Source: Vicugna vicugna (lineage: Eukaryota). From it: a stretch of 64,000 nucleotides of DNA. The position numbers and the translations under genes were made by a program. The notes below the pieces were generated by a model. The model saw only the letters and a program-made list of their open reading frames with translations. It was not told the origin of the DNA and did not search any database. Positions 48,681 through 61,234 of the stretch are shown piece after piece. Numbering within the stretch: position 1 is the stretch's first letter; each line of letters starts with the position of its first letter. The stretch spans positions 3,350,001 through 3,414,000 of the forward strand of contig MU058687.1 in NCBI GenBank assembly GCA_013265495.1, given 5' to 3'.

Positions 48681-49456
48681 TCGTCCTCCTGGACTATTCC
48701 GTTCAGGGCTGGAAGCTTAGTGCCTGTGAAGAAAGGCCGGCACGGGGAATGAGGCCAATCTTGCTGTCAACGATACCCAGAGGGCCTCAAGTAGCTGCCA
48801 CCCTACTTGGGACCTTGTAGTTTCCTGTGGACTTGGAGGAAGCTGTGTTTTCCTAAGTTCTTCCCTCAAGGGGATAGGATACTGTTCTTTGTATCCTTCT
48901 GTCCGCCCTCCCCCTTGCCTGTGGTTCCTGACGGTTATCACCATCTCCCCTTAAGCCCCCAGGCCACACTGGAGCTGCTCCCCTTCTCTGGAATCTAACC
49001 GGCAGGGCCCTGCCCAAACCCTCTGCTCAGCTGCAGTGTCACGAAGAAGGAAAGGGCCTCAGCTCATCGGGGGCGACCACTTGCTGCTTTGCTCGTTCAG
49101 AAAATACAGGTTTGTTGAGCAGCTGATAGGTTCTTACCTCCTTGCCAGGGCCGTGGAGGGTACAGAAAATGTCAAAGCCACGTCCCGCCCCCTGCCCCCC
49201 TCCAGATCCAGGCAGACAGAACAAAACCCTGAGGGAGTAATTAGAGAACAATTAAGCACTCAGCTGTGGGGCTGATGTAGAAAAAGTTCAGGGGAAGTTC
49301 AGAAGGGGGTTCTTGAAGGAGGTGGGCCCTCGGAGGATGAGTCAGATGTACGGAGGGCACACGAGGCTGGACAGCGTTGTGCCGGGTGCTGAGCACAGCT
49401 CATTTCGTACCAAGAGCAGACCAGCGAGGCTGGGTGACGGGGAACTTTGCTGGGGG

Positions 49457-49839
49457 TGTATTAGTCTTCTAGGGCTGGTGTAGTAAAGTACCACGAATTG
49501 GGTGACTTACACAACAGAAATCTATCTTCTGGTGGCCGGAAGTCCAAGATATGGGTGTTGGCAGGGTTGGTTCATCTGAGAGGTCTGGGGGAGAATGTGT
49601 TACCCGCCTCTCCCCTCCCTTCTGGTGGCTTGCAGGCGGTCTTGGGGTTCCTCGGCTGGTAGAGTCATCACCCCGATCCCTGCCTTCACCCTCACCTGGC
49701 TTTCTCTCTGTGTTGCAGTCTTGTTGGTTTGGGGCCCACCCTATGCCATCATGACCTCATCTTAACTAGTTAGATCTGCAAGGACCCTGTTTCCAAATAA
49801 ATTCATGTATATTTGGAGGACACAATTCAACCCACAGCA
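49457..49839 (-). mobile_element. MLT1 (MaLR) solo LTR
   Basis: tgtattagtcttctagggctgg...aaagtaccacgaattgggtgacttacacaacagaaat...ggacacaattcaacccacagca. Confidence 0.8.
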
Positions 49840-50139
49840 GATGGGTACTTTGGGTCTTTTGTGGTTGTGAGGATCAGAACCCCAACTTGAACGAGCAGAG
49901 GCAAGAGGGCAGATGTCTTGTCTCCTGTAACCACATTTTAGGAAGGGTTGGGATGGAGCTGGGCCTTTGGGGAGTTCTTCCAGGACTCTTACGTCTCTCA
50001 ACTTTATGCAGGGAGCTGCACTCACGGTTGGCTCCCTCCGTGACCACCTGCCACCCGCAGCGTTCAGCCTCACCTCTTCCCAGCTTTGGCCCCAGGAGGG
50101 ACTTCCTGCTAGGCTCTAGTTTCATCTTATAAAATGAAG

Positions 50140-50551
50140 TGTCCCCTTTCGCTCCCCCCGCCACCGCCAATTCATGTCTATCTGGAACCTGAGACTGTGA
50201 ACTAAGGTTTTTGCAGACGTAATTAGGCAACTTAAGGTGACTTTATACTGAATTGGGGTGGGCCCAAAATCCAGTGGCTGGTGTCCTTATAAGTAGGCCA
50301 GGTGACAATAGGAGCAGAGATTTGAGGTATGTGGCTACAAACCGAGGAAGCCCGAAGATTGCTGGCAGCCACTGGAAATTATGAAGATGCAAGGAAGTAT
50401 TCTCCCCTGGACTCTTCAGAGGGAATGCTGGCCTGCCAGCACCTTGATTTCAGGCTTCTAGTCCCCAAAACTGTGAGGCAGTACATTTCTGTTGTTTTAA
50501 AGGCACCCAGTTAGTGGTAATTTGTTATGGTGGCCCTAAGAAGAAAATACA
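50140..50551 (+). mobile_element. MLT1 (MaLR) LTR
   Basis: ttttgcagacgtaatta...ggcctgccagcaccttgatttcaggcttctag...gtggtaatttgttatggtggccctaagaagaaaataca. Confidence 0.8.
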
Positions 50552-51539
50552 GGTATCTATTCCGTACAGACCAATCACTGTGGTCAGAGGAGGTGGGGTC
50601 TGTAAGATGTCGCCCTCCTCATTTCAACCACAAGGTTAGAGCTGGGGTGGGGTGGGAAGCAGCGAGGCAGAAAAAGGCATACAGATGGGTAAGGCCAACA
50701 GAACCGCAGATGCTCTAGGTATTAATTTCAGCAGGTGATAATGTTACAGTTTCTGTTTATTTGGTGCTTGCTGTGTAGCACACATTGTCTGGGGTGTTTT
50801 ACAGATACTGTTTCTAACCCTTACCGTAATTCTGCAGGGTTGGTAGATTTTACCATTCCAGTTTTTTGAGTAAGGGAATGGAGGCCCTGAGAGGTTAAGT
50901 AACAGCTGCAGGCACATAGTTAAAAGAAGCAGAGCCAGGCTTTGAACTCTGTTGCCTAAGGCCCCACCGCTCCTGCCGCCCAGCTGCTAGCCCTGAAGAG
51001 GGGCTGTTTGGTTCCTGGAGGGCATTAGAGTGGGCGTAGGTGTTGGGCCTTGATGTGCAGGCTTCTAGGAGTGGCCCTAGGCCCCAAGTCCTAGAAATAA
51101 TGTTGAGTCAGTAATGTCAAATCAGCTAATAGTGTGTGCATGTGCGCGTGTGTGCATATGTGTGCACATCAGGTCAGAGCAAGAGGAAGATCCGAGGGAA
51201 TGAGTGGGGCACTGGGCAGCTTTGCAGGTGACATCTCCTATCATCCTTACAGCTAGTCTATGAGGGGAAGTACTACTACTATTCCCATTTTACAGAGGAG
51301 CAAAGCAAGGCCAGAGAGGTTGAGTCAAATGCCTGAGGTCACACAGAGAGTACCAGTGGAGTCAGGAGCAAAAGGCAGGGCTGACTGCAGAACCTGAGCT
51401 CCTGAGCCCTGCGTTGCTTTGTCCTCTGTAAGGAGCCCTGCGCTTTTCACAAGGTTTCATGTTCTAGTAGTTGATGGCTTCTCCCAGCATTCCTGAGTGG
51501 GAGGCAGGACAGGCAGATGGGGAACCCTGGCAGGTCAAG

Positions 51540-51785
51540 GAGCTGAGTGTTTATTAAATGTATTCTCCTTCCCTAGCAGATATCAGATGTTTTCAAACAC
51601 AAGGTCTCATTTAGTCCTCACAACAGCTCAGGAGGTAGGTATCCCTTTCCCTACTTTTTCCAAATGTGGAAACTGAGATTCAGAGACACTAAGTAACTCA
51701 CTCAGGATCACACAGCAGGACAGTGGCTCAACTGGAAAATGAACCTTAGTGTTTGTTGTCTGACTCCAGAGACACACATGCTGCA
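51540..51785 (-). mobile_element. MIR SINE (one of a cluster at about 50740-52640)
   Basis: ctcatttagtcctcacaacag...ggaaactgagattcagagacactaagtaact...gtctgactccagag. Confidence 0.7.
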
Positions 51786-53144
51786 GTTATACAGGCTGCT
51801 TCATGGAGGTGGGGGGCGGGTTCCAGGCCGAGCTGCTGGGCCTGTGAGACCCAGTCTGCCTCCGAGGCCAATGCTCTTCCCTCTGACATCACCCCAGTCT
51901 GTCCCCTTGCCTTCAGCCCCGGGCTGGCCTGGGCCTATGTTGTCTTGAGGGCCAATCAGATATCGGCTGAGGAGGTGCTCTAAGGAGCCTGTGGTGAGGT
52001 TGCCGGGCTCTCCTCCTCCAGCTCACCCATGGACAAGGTGCCGCCCCTCTGTGCATGCAGGTGGGGTGCTTGTGCCAGGGGTTGGGCTGCTCCACTGGCA
52101 CTTCTCCAGGAAGGGGCCCTCCTCTCCTTTGCTGCCTCTGCTCGCTGTCTACCTGGTGCTGCTCTTTGGCAGCGGAGGGGGTAAGCCCTCCACGTCTGCT
52201 TGATTTATGTTCATCATTGAAACAATAATGTTTAATCTGGAAAGGGCTAATCAATTTTTTATGCTGATTATGAATAGGCCAGCTGTGCCTGTTTCTTTAT
52301 TCATGGAGCTTCAGGAACAAGCCCAGGTCCCGGGCCAGGCTCCCGTGGTGATTTCTGCCGTAGGAGGCCCTGTTTTAAGGAGAACCCTCGGGGGTCTTAC
52401 CTAGGCCGCTTGGGAGGGGACTCCGTGTGTGTGTGCATGTGTAGAGGGCGGCTGGTTATGTATGGGCTGGGGCACAGATAAGGGAGAGTATGATGGAAGG
52501 TAAGGATCAAGTACCCTGACACCTCCTTTTACAAGTGAGGAATTAAGACCCAAAAAAGGTGAAGCAGCTTCCCTAAGGTCACACTGCTGGTTGGTGGCAG
52601 AGGTGGGATTAGAACCCTTCATTTGAAGAGCAGAACACTTTCCGCAGCTGGATGGGTAGGGCAGAATCAGAGGAAAGTACTGCGGGGGCTGCTGTCCTTG
52701 AGGTGTTGACACCACACAACTCTGATATCTCCGAGGAGCTTGTATTTTAGGTACCGAACGAACTACAGATGTAACTTGATAAGAGGTGGAGACAAGGTAA
52801 GAGAAAGTTCTCTCAGGTTTGGGCTACAGCTTTCAGGAATCCTTGGAATCCACAAATAGGGTTGGAGAGACGGGTGATTTAGGATGCTTTCTGAAGGAGG
52901 AGAAGCCTGACTGGGACGTCAGGGCTGTGAAAGGAGCGTGAGCAGAAAGGCCTGGAGAGGGCCTCTGGGCAGGTGGAGTGGCCCGAGCTGACGGCAGAGG
53001 CGGGGCTGAGGATCTCAGGGAGACATCTGAGCCTGAGTCTGGACCCCGGTGGGGGCAGGTGCTGGGCCTGGACAGCTTGGCTGCCCCACTGGCTGGGGCT
53101 CTTGTGTGTGGCCCTTCCACACCTCCCTCCCTTCGGGGGCCTCA

Positions 53145-53810
53145 CCAATCATTTACTTGTTCATTTATTGGCGCAGCAGATGTTTACTGAGCTCTGTTGT
53201 GCGGGCGCCAGGGGTTATGTGCATGAGCAAGCTGCCGACATGGTGCTTATGATCCAGTTGTGAGGACGGCAGATGCTACACAAGCGATCAGAAAAACCTA
53301 ATGACACTCGTGATGAGTGACATGGAAGAAGAGTAGTGCCCTGAGTGTGGGGGCCTGGGTGGCCTTTCTGAGGGAGTGAGGATTAAGCTGAGACCAGAGG
53401 GTCGTTAGGGGAAGGGAGGACAGGACAGAGAACAGAGAAGGCAGAGGCTTCAGGGTGGGAAAGAGCATGGGTCTGTCTGGGGGCAGGAAAGGGGTGGCAG
53501 TGGCTGGGCAGAGAAGCTCTGAAAGGTGAGGCTACAGAGATGCTCAGCACGTTCAGGAGATCCGAGGTCAACACTGACCGAGTACCTGCACAGAACAGCA
53601 CAATACAGCCTGCAGGCTAGCAGGGGGTTGGGGAGGAACTGGGAGACCCGTTACGAGGCTCTGGTGGTTGTCCAGGCAAGAGGTGATGGTGACGTGGACA
53701 AGGGGTGGAGGCTGAATTAACAGGACTCAAGGATGAATCAAATAGGGAGGATCCAGGAGAGGGAGGGACCACAATTGACTCCTAGGGTTCTGACCACAGC
53801 ACTGAGGGGG
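53145..53810 (-). mobile_element. L2 LINE fragments
   Basis: tcatttacttgttcattt...tgtttactgagc...ttaagctgagacc...gttgtccaggcaagaggtgatggtg. Confidence 0.6.
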
Positions 53811-54542
53811 ATGGTGTGGGGAGTGTGTTAACAAGTCATCCTGCTAGCAGTTTGAGGAAGGGTTTTTCTACAGGCCTGAGGTTTGTATAGTCTCCTTAGA
53901 GTTGGTAGTGAGAAGACCGGACAGTCCACGTGGGACTGAGTAACTTGGGGCTCAGCATTGAGAGGCTGGGATCCAGTGCTGGGTTCCTGTTTCCAGATAT
54001 CAGCACCCCACTCTGATGAGAGCTCCAGGGCTCTGTGTGTGTGTGTATAATGGGTTTTATAGAAGGAGAGAGAGGCTGTTACTTCAACAACTGGAAGAGC
54101 TCCTGCAAATTGTGGTGAGGGGCCTGTCATGGGCCCCCACTGCCTTTCCCGTTTTTGGGGTGTGAGCTGTTGACTGGTAGTTCTATGTGAGGTTTAAGAG
54201 GAAACTGGGCTCCTTGGGAAGAGGGGAAGATGTTTTTTTAGCCGAGCAGGTATCAGGGTTTGACCAGGGGGCTTGGAAAGAGTAACATGTAGGAGGCAGC
54301 CGGGAGGCAGAGGAAGGAGTGGGGAGAGGATGGTCCACCTGGCCCAGCAGAACGGGAAGCTGTGTTATGTCTTCCTAGTTCCACATCTCAGGGTTAGCAT
54401 TCGCACTAGACCTCTGTTCCCCACACCGCCAGTGCAGCCCCTTGTCTCATTCTCCAGCTTTCCAGCCCTACCTCTGTGCTGGGAAATGCAGCAAAAGAAT
54501 TAAAATTGATGTACTGAGAGTGTTACACTAAAGCTCTATTTC

Positions 54543-54867
54543 TGGGGTAAGTAAACTTTTTCTGTAAAGGGCTTGTTTTAGGTTCCTACTGCTGCTGTAG
54601 CAAATTACCACAAATTTAATGGCTTCAAACAATACACCTTTATTATCATACTATCTTGTGAGTCAGAAGTCCTAAAGTTCAGGTGCCGGCTGGACTGTGT
54701 TCATGGACACAGAAATTAAATTCCATGTAATTTTCACATCATGAAATATTATTCTTTTGATTTTTCTCTAACACTTAATGTAAAAAAAGCGTTCTTCGCT
54801 TGTGGGCCATACAAAAGCAGGCAATGCACAGGATCTGGCCGATTGGCGACAGTTTGCTTACCCCCTG
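54543..54867. mobile_element. MER58-family hAT MITE with an embedded MLT1 fragment (about 54573-54703)
   Basis: ggggtaagtaaactttttctgtaaagggc ... acagtttgcttaccccctg ends; internal ttaggttcctactgctgctgtagcaaattaccacaaatttaatggcttcaaacaa is an MLT1 terminus. Confidence 0.7.
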
Positions 54868-55654
54868 CTCTGGATGCACATATGTCCTTTAATGTTTAGG
54901 ACTCCCCTACCAAGTGGGCACTGTTATTATCACTCCCAGTTTGCAGAATGTTAGTGAAGTTTAGCAGTTAGCCCAAGGCCACTTTGTTAGACGTTGGCAG
55001 ACAGGGCTGCTGACCCAAGAGCTGGTGTTCTTAACCACTGCTCTGCTCGCTGGGTTCAGCCAGGAGTGTGCGTGGTTTTCCCCAACTGTGGGCTTTGTCT
55101 TCCCTGTAGATCCAAAGTCTGGGTTTGCCTCCCTTTGAAATCCCTGGGCACTGCTGCTGTCACATGCAGATTAAGTCTGGGAAACTTCTTATTGGATGAA
55201 ACATCCTCTGGTGTTGTAGAAAGATTGCAAAGGCATTGGTAACCAAACCCTTTTGTCTGGGTCTCTGAGACTTGGGCTCATTTGGGCATTTTGCCACCTC
55301 CCAGGGGCTAAGGAAGTCTGTCCTGACAGCAAATGGTACCACCATAAGCAAAGAATGCTAATGCTTTAGTTTCTCCCGTCCCATGTTTTTGGGTGTAGGA
55401 ACATCTGAAGGCTTTGGGAAAAGGCCTTTGGGGTTTTGTGAGGGCGAGCCCATCTGGTCTTAGAATTATGAATGTGAGTCACTGTGGCTAGGCTTTCTCT
55501 GCCATGAGCATGAGCTGTGGATGTGGATCCCCGATCCCTACCAGGGGGAGCCCTGGGGGCCCGAGTGCACCTGGATTCCAGATTGGGAGTTACTGGTCAT
55601 CTTCTCTCTGGCTCTCTCTTGCCACCATAACTTGTTCCTTATTTACAGTTTACA

Positions 55655-56030
55655 CAGGCTGTCCCCTCTGCCTAGAAGGCTCCTCCTTCCTTTCTCCAGC
55701 TAGTTAACTAGTTAACTGGCTCCTCATCCTTCAAAGCTCTGTTCTTTGTCACCTCCTCCAAGAAGTCCTCCCTGCCCAGGTGTAGTCCTCTGAATACAGG
55801 CTCTTATAGTACCAACTGCCTCTCTTCATGCACTGTCAGGGCTGGACATTTACCTTTCTTTGTGATTTCTTGATTAATTCCTATCTCCCCACTGGACTTC
55901 ACGTTCCAGTAGTGACCCAGAGGGTGGTGGCTGTACCCAGTTTGGACTCACTCCCCATTGAGTCCCCAGTGACCAGCATGGTGCATATAGTAGTTACTCA
56001 GTAAGCATTTGTTGAATGAATAAACAAATG
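55655..56030 (+). mobile_element. L2 3' end
   Basis: ggctgtcccctctgcctagaa...gtcacctcctccaagaagtcctccctg...tagttactcagtaagcatttgttgaatgaa. Confidence 0.7.
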
Positions 56031-56919
56031 ACCTTTAGGGAATATGTTCTCCTCTGTACAATGGGGGCAATTATGTCTCCTCTACCTAACCTCGAAGAGA
56101 GGGTTGAGAGTTGCATGAGAGCAACAAATATTATGCAAACCCATGGTTGAGGATTCGTCCCTGCAGAACAAAGATACCTGACATTCCTTATTCCAACCCA
56201 AGCTCAAGTTCAAGGAAGAGGTGGTGAGTCCTCATACAGGCAGGCTTTCAGTGTAGGGTGGAGAGCTCAGCCTGTCTGATTCTTTGGTCTGAGCTCCTGG
56301 CACCATCTGTCTCTGGGCCCTGTGATGGGGTGTGAGCGCTTGGCCTCCACCCCCAGGCACTCTGCAGCATCACAGATGGTTCATCACCTCTATATTCTGA
56401 CCATCCCAGGGCCTGGGCAGGGACCTGGCTGTGGGGGTCCTCAACTTCACACTGCACTGCCTAGGATCTCTGGTTTCTTCAACCCCAGAGATATCTCTCA
56501 CAGGAAGAGACATAGACCTGTCACCCTGTGTGGCTGGGCAAGTTATTAAGATGGGGAACATTGAAAGATTAGATTTATGACAGCCAACAGTGGATTATGA
56601 AGAATAATTTATCAAATGTCAGCGCCTGCAGCCTACAATTTACAGAAGGTTTGCTTAAACTGAGGAGATCTGATTGGCCTCCGCCCTCCCCCACCTCTAA
56701 TGAGTGACAGATCTAATGGATGGCTTCCCAGGCAGGCCAGCCACACTGGGTGTTTATCTGCTTTTTATTAATCATTATTATCACAACATTTCCATAGAGT
56801 CCCTCCACCCACAGCTCTCCAAGTGCCCAGCCACCTTGAAGGAACTGTAGCCACTTTTGGAAGGTGTTTTAGCTGCCCTGGATCAGCTGGAAGAGGATGG
56901 GGAAAATCAAACCTCACCT

Positions 56920-57500
56920 CCATTCATTCATTAGGGAATACTTACTGAGCACCAATTATGTGCCAGGTGCCTTGGATGCAATGCTGAGCAAAAACAGAAG
57001 TTTATTGTCTCGAAGGAAAGAGGGAGATGAAGCAAATACAAATCGAGGCAAAGGTGCAGCTGTGTAATTGCTCTTGAGGAGGGCAGTGAACTCCGAGAAT
57101 GCACACAGGGAGGCCTCCCTGAGGAGGTGACAGCTGAGCTGTGATTGGAAGGATGACTAGGGGTTCCTTTGATGAGGAGTAAGAAGGGGAGCCTTCTGGG
57201 AAGAAGGGATGGCATGTGCAAGGGCCCTGCAGTGGGCAGGGAGGGAATATGCTGGTGGTCAAAAGAAGCCATCTGTTCAGGGCAGAGGGAGCTAGGGGCA
57301 GAGAGAGAAGATGGAGCAGGTGAGGTAGGCAGGGTCAGACCCTGTGGGTCATGCTGTGGGTTTGGCCCTGGGAAGCTGGTGAAGTTGTTTAAGCAGAGAG
57401 AAGTGACACAATCAGCTTGTGTTTGGAAAACTCACCTTAGCTGTATGTGGAACACGGCTTGGCAGAGGAAGAAATGCAAATGGATGGACCAGTTAGGTGT
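56920..57500 (-). mobile_element. L2 LINE fragment
   Basis: cattcattca...tacttactgagcacc...tgtgccagg...ggcctccctgaggaggtgaca...gcatgtgcaagggccctg. Confidence 0.7.
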
Positions 57501-58782
57501 CTTTGGGCAAAAGAAGATGGTGTCTTTTACTCACCGACAGAACAGAACTGAGAGCCTAGAATTGCTGACTCCTTGTGCAGTGCTCTTTTCATTATACCAC
57601 CCTGTCCCCTTCGTGGAGGCATCGGATGGAGTACCCACCACTCCTGCTGCAATCACAAATTGGGGGTTTTCTAGACTCTATTCTAGACCCTTTATGTGTG
57701 TTGTTTCATACAACAACTCCATGAGGTAGGTACAAAAATTCCCATTTTACTGTTGAGGAAACTGAGATACAGAGGGGTTATGTCACTGCCCAAGCTGATG
57801 CACCTTGGAGCCAGAGTTTGAGTCTGGGTAGTGTGACTCAGAGCTTAAATCAGAATCACTATGCCTTGCTGCCTCTCAGGTCCAGCTGTCCTGGCCAGCA
57901 GGTGGGCATTCCCAAGGAGCATGCCCCTGGGTGTCCTAGGGAGTGGCTGCTTCTGGCTTCTTGCTTCTCTGTCAGCTACTCGTCACCATCCTGTGGGAGA
58001 AAAGAAGATTGGTGTGACCTGTGATGACTTTGGTAGAGCTAGGTGGTTGATTATCCTGTACTTGGAGGCTCTTTAGCAAATTGGTGAGAGTTGAGCACAG
58101 TGCCAGCCACTTTGCAGGAATTTAGACAGGAGTGCTGTTTTGTAATTTCTGGGGATGACCCTTGTCAAGAAGGGACTCCAGTTATGCTGCTGGCCCTTCG
58201 TTCTTTCTTCCCAGCTTGGCAGTAGCAACAGCCAATGGCTCTGTAGAACCGGCAGTTTGAGGTCTTAGAACCCCAGAAAGAACACAAATTCCATGGAAGA
58301 CAGGATCTGTGCGTCCTTGAGCTGTTGTCGTCATTATTTTTATTATAATAAATTGCTCTGAGTGGGAGGCTGGAGGTGGGGCGCTCCACTTTGAGGCAGG
58401 GCAGGTACTGAGTCGGGAGAGGAAAAGACGCTTGGATGCCTTGCCCTCTCCCCTGACCCCCGAAGGGTCTACATGACGAAATTGGAGGCCCCCTCTTATT
58501 ACCTGTGGCACTGGGCAGGGGGCACCCTCCGCAGTAGGTCCTGCTAAAATGCAAGTGTGTTTTTCAGAGGCTGTTGTCTTCTTCCATTAGGACATTCTGA
58601 GGGACCAAGGTCTCCTCATGGCTAGGGACTGTCTGTTTTGTTGGCCCATGTTCCTAGCATGGTTTCTGTCATGTGATGGACCTGTAGTCAATATTTATTG
58701 TCTGATTGGCTTAGGCTACAGAACGGCAAATTGGTTTCATTTCATATGTTAACTCTGTTCAATAGGAAGAGGCTGCTTGGGG

Positions 58783-59287
58783 TATATTAATTATATATTT
58801 CTGCGTAACAAATTACCCCAAAACTTAGTGCCTTAGAACAACAAACGTTTGATATCTTACAGTTTCTGTGGGTCAGGAATTTGAGGGTGGCTTACTGGAG
58901 GGCTTTGGCTCAGTCTCTTACTGAGGGTCTCGTTCAGAGTTCAGCTGGGGTGCAGTCATTTGAAGGCCTGAGTTGGGAGGGGGGATCTGCTTCCAGGATG
59001 GCCCACTGTTGGCAGGAGACCTGGGTTCCTACTGCATGGACCTCTCCACAGGTTGCTTGAGTGTCCTCATGACATGGCAGCTGGCTCCCCACCGAGCAAG
59101 CATTCCAAGAGAGAGAGCAAGTCTCTTGTGGTAACAGTCTTGAAAATGAGACCCTCACTTCTGCCATGTTCTGTTTGTTAGGAGTGGGTCACCGAGCCCA
59201 GCCTCTGCTCAAGGGACAGGAAATAGTCTCCATCTCTCAGAGGGAGGAGGACTTAAAGTCTTGCGAGCATATTTGAACACCAGCACA
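58783..59287 (-). mobile_element. MLT1F-like MaLR solo LTR
   Basis: ctgcgtaacaaattaccccaaaacttagtgccttagaacaac...ttctgtgggtcaggaattt...gagtgtcctcatgacatggcagctggct. Confidence 0.8.
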
Positions 59288-60345
59288 GGGGAGAAAGGGT
59301 ATGCATGCCAACTATTTGCTAACAGTGTCGGGTGTTAATATACTGTAGAAGGAACAGGACTGACCCTGAAGAGGTGGGATACAAACCAGGTGTGTTTAAG
59401 GGGAAGAGCAGGAATTGCAGCAAAATGGGGTATCAGCTGGTAGGGTGACTGTGAGATGTAGGGGTTCCTGAGGCAGGTTCCTGGGAAATGGTGCTGAAAC
59501 GGGGGATGGATTCCAAGCAGAGGCATGTAAGAGGTGGTGGTGGGTTTTCTGCCCAAGGCAGACATCAGTGTTTTCACAGTCCTAGCCAGCTAGAGCTCTT
59601 TATCTGCCCAAGAGTGGGAGTGGAGAAGGGGGTGGATGTGGTTCACCCCAGCCACTTCATTAGCATGGGTGCACTCCCCATTGGGTGCAGCGGATGGCTG
59701 CTGGCATCCAGCCAGGTGTGCAGTGGGCCATCTCAGGATGTCGAGAGCCAGATGTTGTTTGCTGCTGATGCCATGGTAACCTGCTCAGGTGCCCTGGGCA
59801 GTCTTCCCGGTTCCTAAGCGGGAACTGCCTGGCCTTGGCATCAAGGTCTGGATTTGTCTGCTTTGAAGCAGGCTTCTGTCTTCATCTGGAACTGGCCAGT
59901 TCAGGGTTTGTTAGATCTGTTAGCATTATCTTATGGTGTTGTAGTTTCTGAACCCTGAATGAGGACAAAGGATGGAATCTTTGAAATTGGACTATCTTGG
60001 AAGTTCTGGGACATCCCTCATCCTGTGACTGGTGAGCCAGTCCCCACGAGGCTGGGACTCTGGTGGGCTTGCTAAGAGGCCCAGGTGGACCTGCCCCTGG
60101 GGTCATTGTGAGTCTTCACCAGAAGATCTGACTACTTGCCACCTTACTTTGAACTGAATGAGGACCCTGGCCAGTGCTCAGCTGCACAGTGTGGCATTTT
60201 GGAAACATTGTCCAGTAACCTGGCTTCACAGGAATCTTTCTGGCTGACTTTCTGGAGAGTTTCCCACTCTGCCCAGGACTGGGGTATAATGTCACATGGT
60301 CTCTGGATTCCTGGACCCCAGCCAAAGCCAGCCTGATGAAATCTT

Positions 60346-60487
60346 TTTTCTCTTCCAGTTTTATTGAGATGTAACTGACATACATCACTGTATAAGTTTA
60401 AGTTGTACAGCATAATTGTTTGACTTAACAGGGGTTGTGAAACAAACTTCACTAAGTTTAGTTAACATCCATTGTCTCATATAGATG
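60346..60487 (-). mobile_element. Short L1 3' end with degenerate 12-bp TSD
   Basis: TGATGAAATCTT (60334-60345) / TGCTGAAGTCTT (60488-60499) followed by AA, an L1 endonuclease-type site. Body reads ttttattgagatgtaactgacatac... Confidence 0.75.
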
Positions 60488-61192
60488 TGCTGAAGTCTTA
60501 ACCTGAGTGAAGGGTCAGTGAAACCCCTAGGAGCTCCATTTTTTCTTGCCCTTCTAACATTTTTTTCTGCTTATAACTTCCCCCACCCCTTACCACACAC
60601 ACACACACACAAACACACACTGAGAAAACCAGACCATACAAAGTTAGAGAAACTTTGTTCCTATTTTTCCTTTTCCAGACAGGGACATCAATATATTTGA
60701 ATCATGGGCCGACAGTAATTAAAAAGCACGTAACTAGTCATTTTAAAATGTAGTTGTTTTACTTAATTGATTTTGCCGCCAGACCCAGAGGGGGGAGAAA
60801 AAAAGAACAGGGGAAAGAAAGCCTTAGAAGGGGAGACAGGTTTCTGCAAGTGACTGGAGGCAGCTGAGGGCCCTGCTTGACTCTAATTGCTGCAAATGCT
60901 ACTAATGGTTTTCTGCTGAAAGAGCTGGGGGTTGAGGCCTGATTGGAGGGGAGCGGCGTTTGTTTCAGCTGCATGGGAGGTATAATTCTGCTTTCAGGAC
61001 AGGGCCTATTTTTCCTTACTCTCTATCAGCGTAAAGTACTTCCACTGAACACTTTGAACCAAGGTTCCATTTAGAGATACTTTATTCATATTTAATTATA
61101 AGTTGTAGCACCAATCTTTAATTACCTTTTTTTTTATAAGCCAGCTAGGAACATTCACTAGCAATCAATTATTGTGTGTGTGTATGTGTTGT

Positions 61193-61195
<3 letters not shown>

Positions 61196-61232
<37 letters not shown>
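61196..61232 (+). repeat. (TG)18 microsatellite with imperfect 5' extension from 61173
   Basis: Direct reading. Confidence 0.95.

Positions 61233-61234
<2 letters not shown>

Noticed and set aside
55702..55717. Perfect 16-bp palindrome AGTTAACTAGTTAACT
   Set aside because: Explained by tandem duplication of a self-complementary 8-mer inside an L2 remnant.
57169..57729. 186-aa plus-strand ORF
   Set aside because: Lies largely within decayed L2 and MIR sequence.
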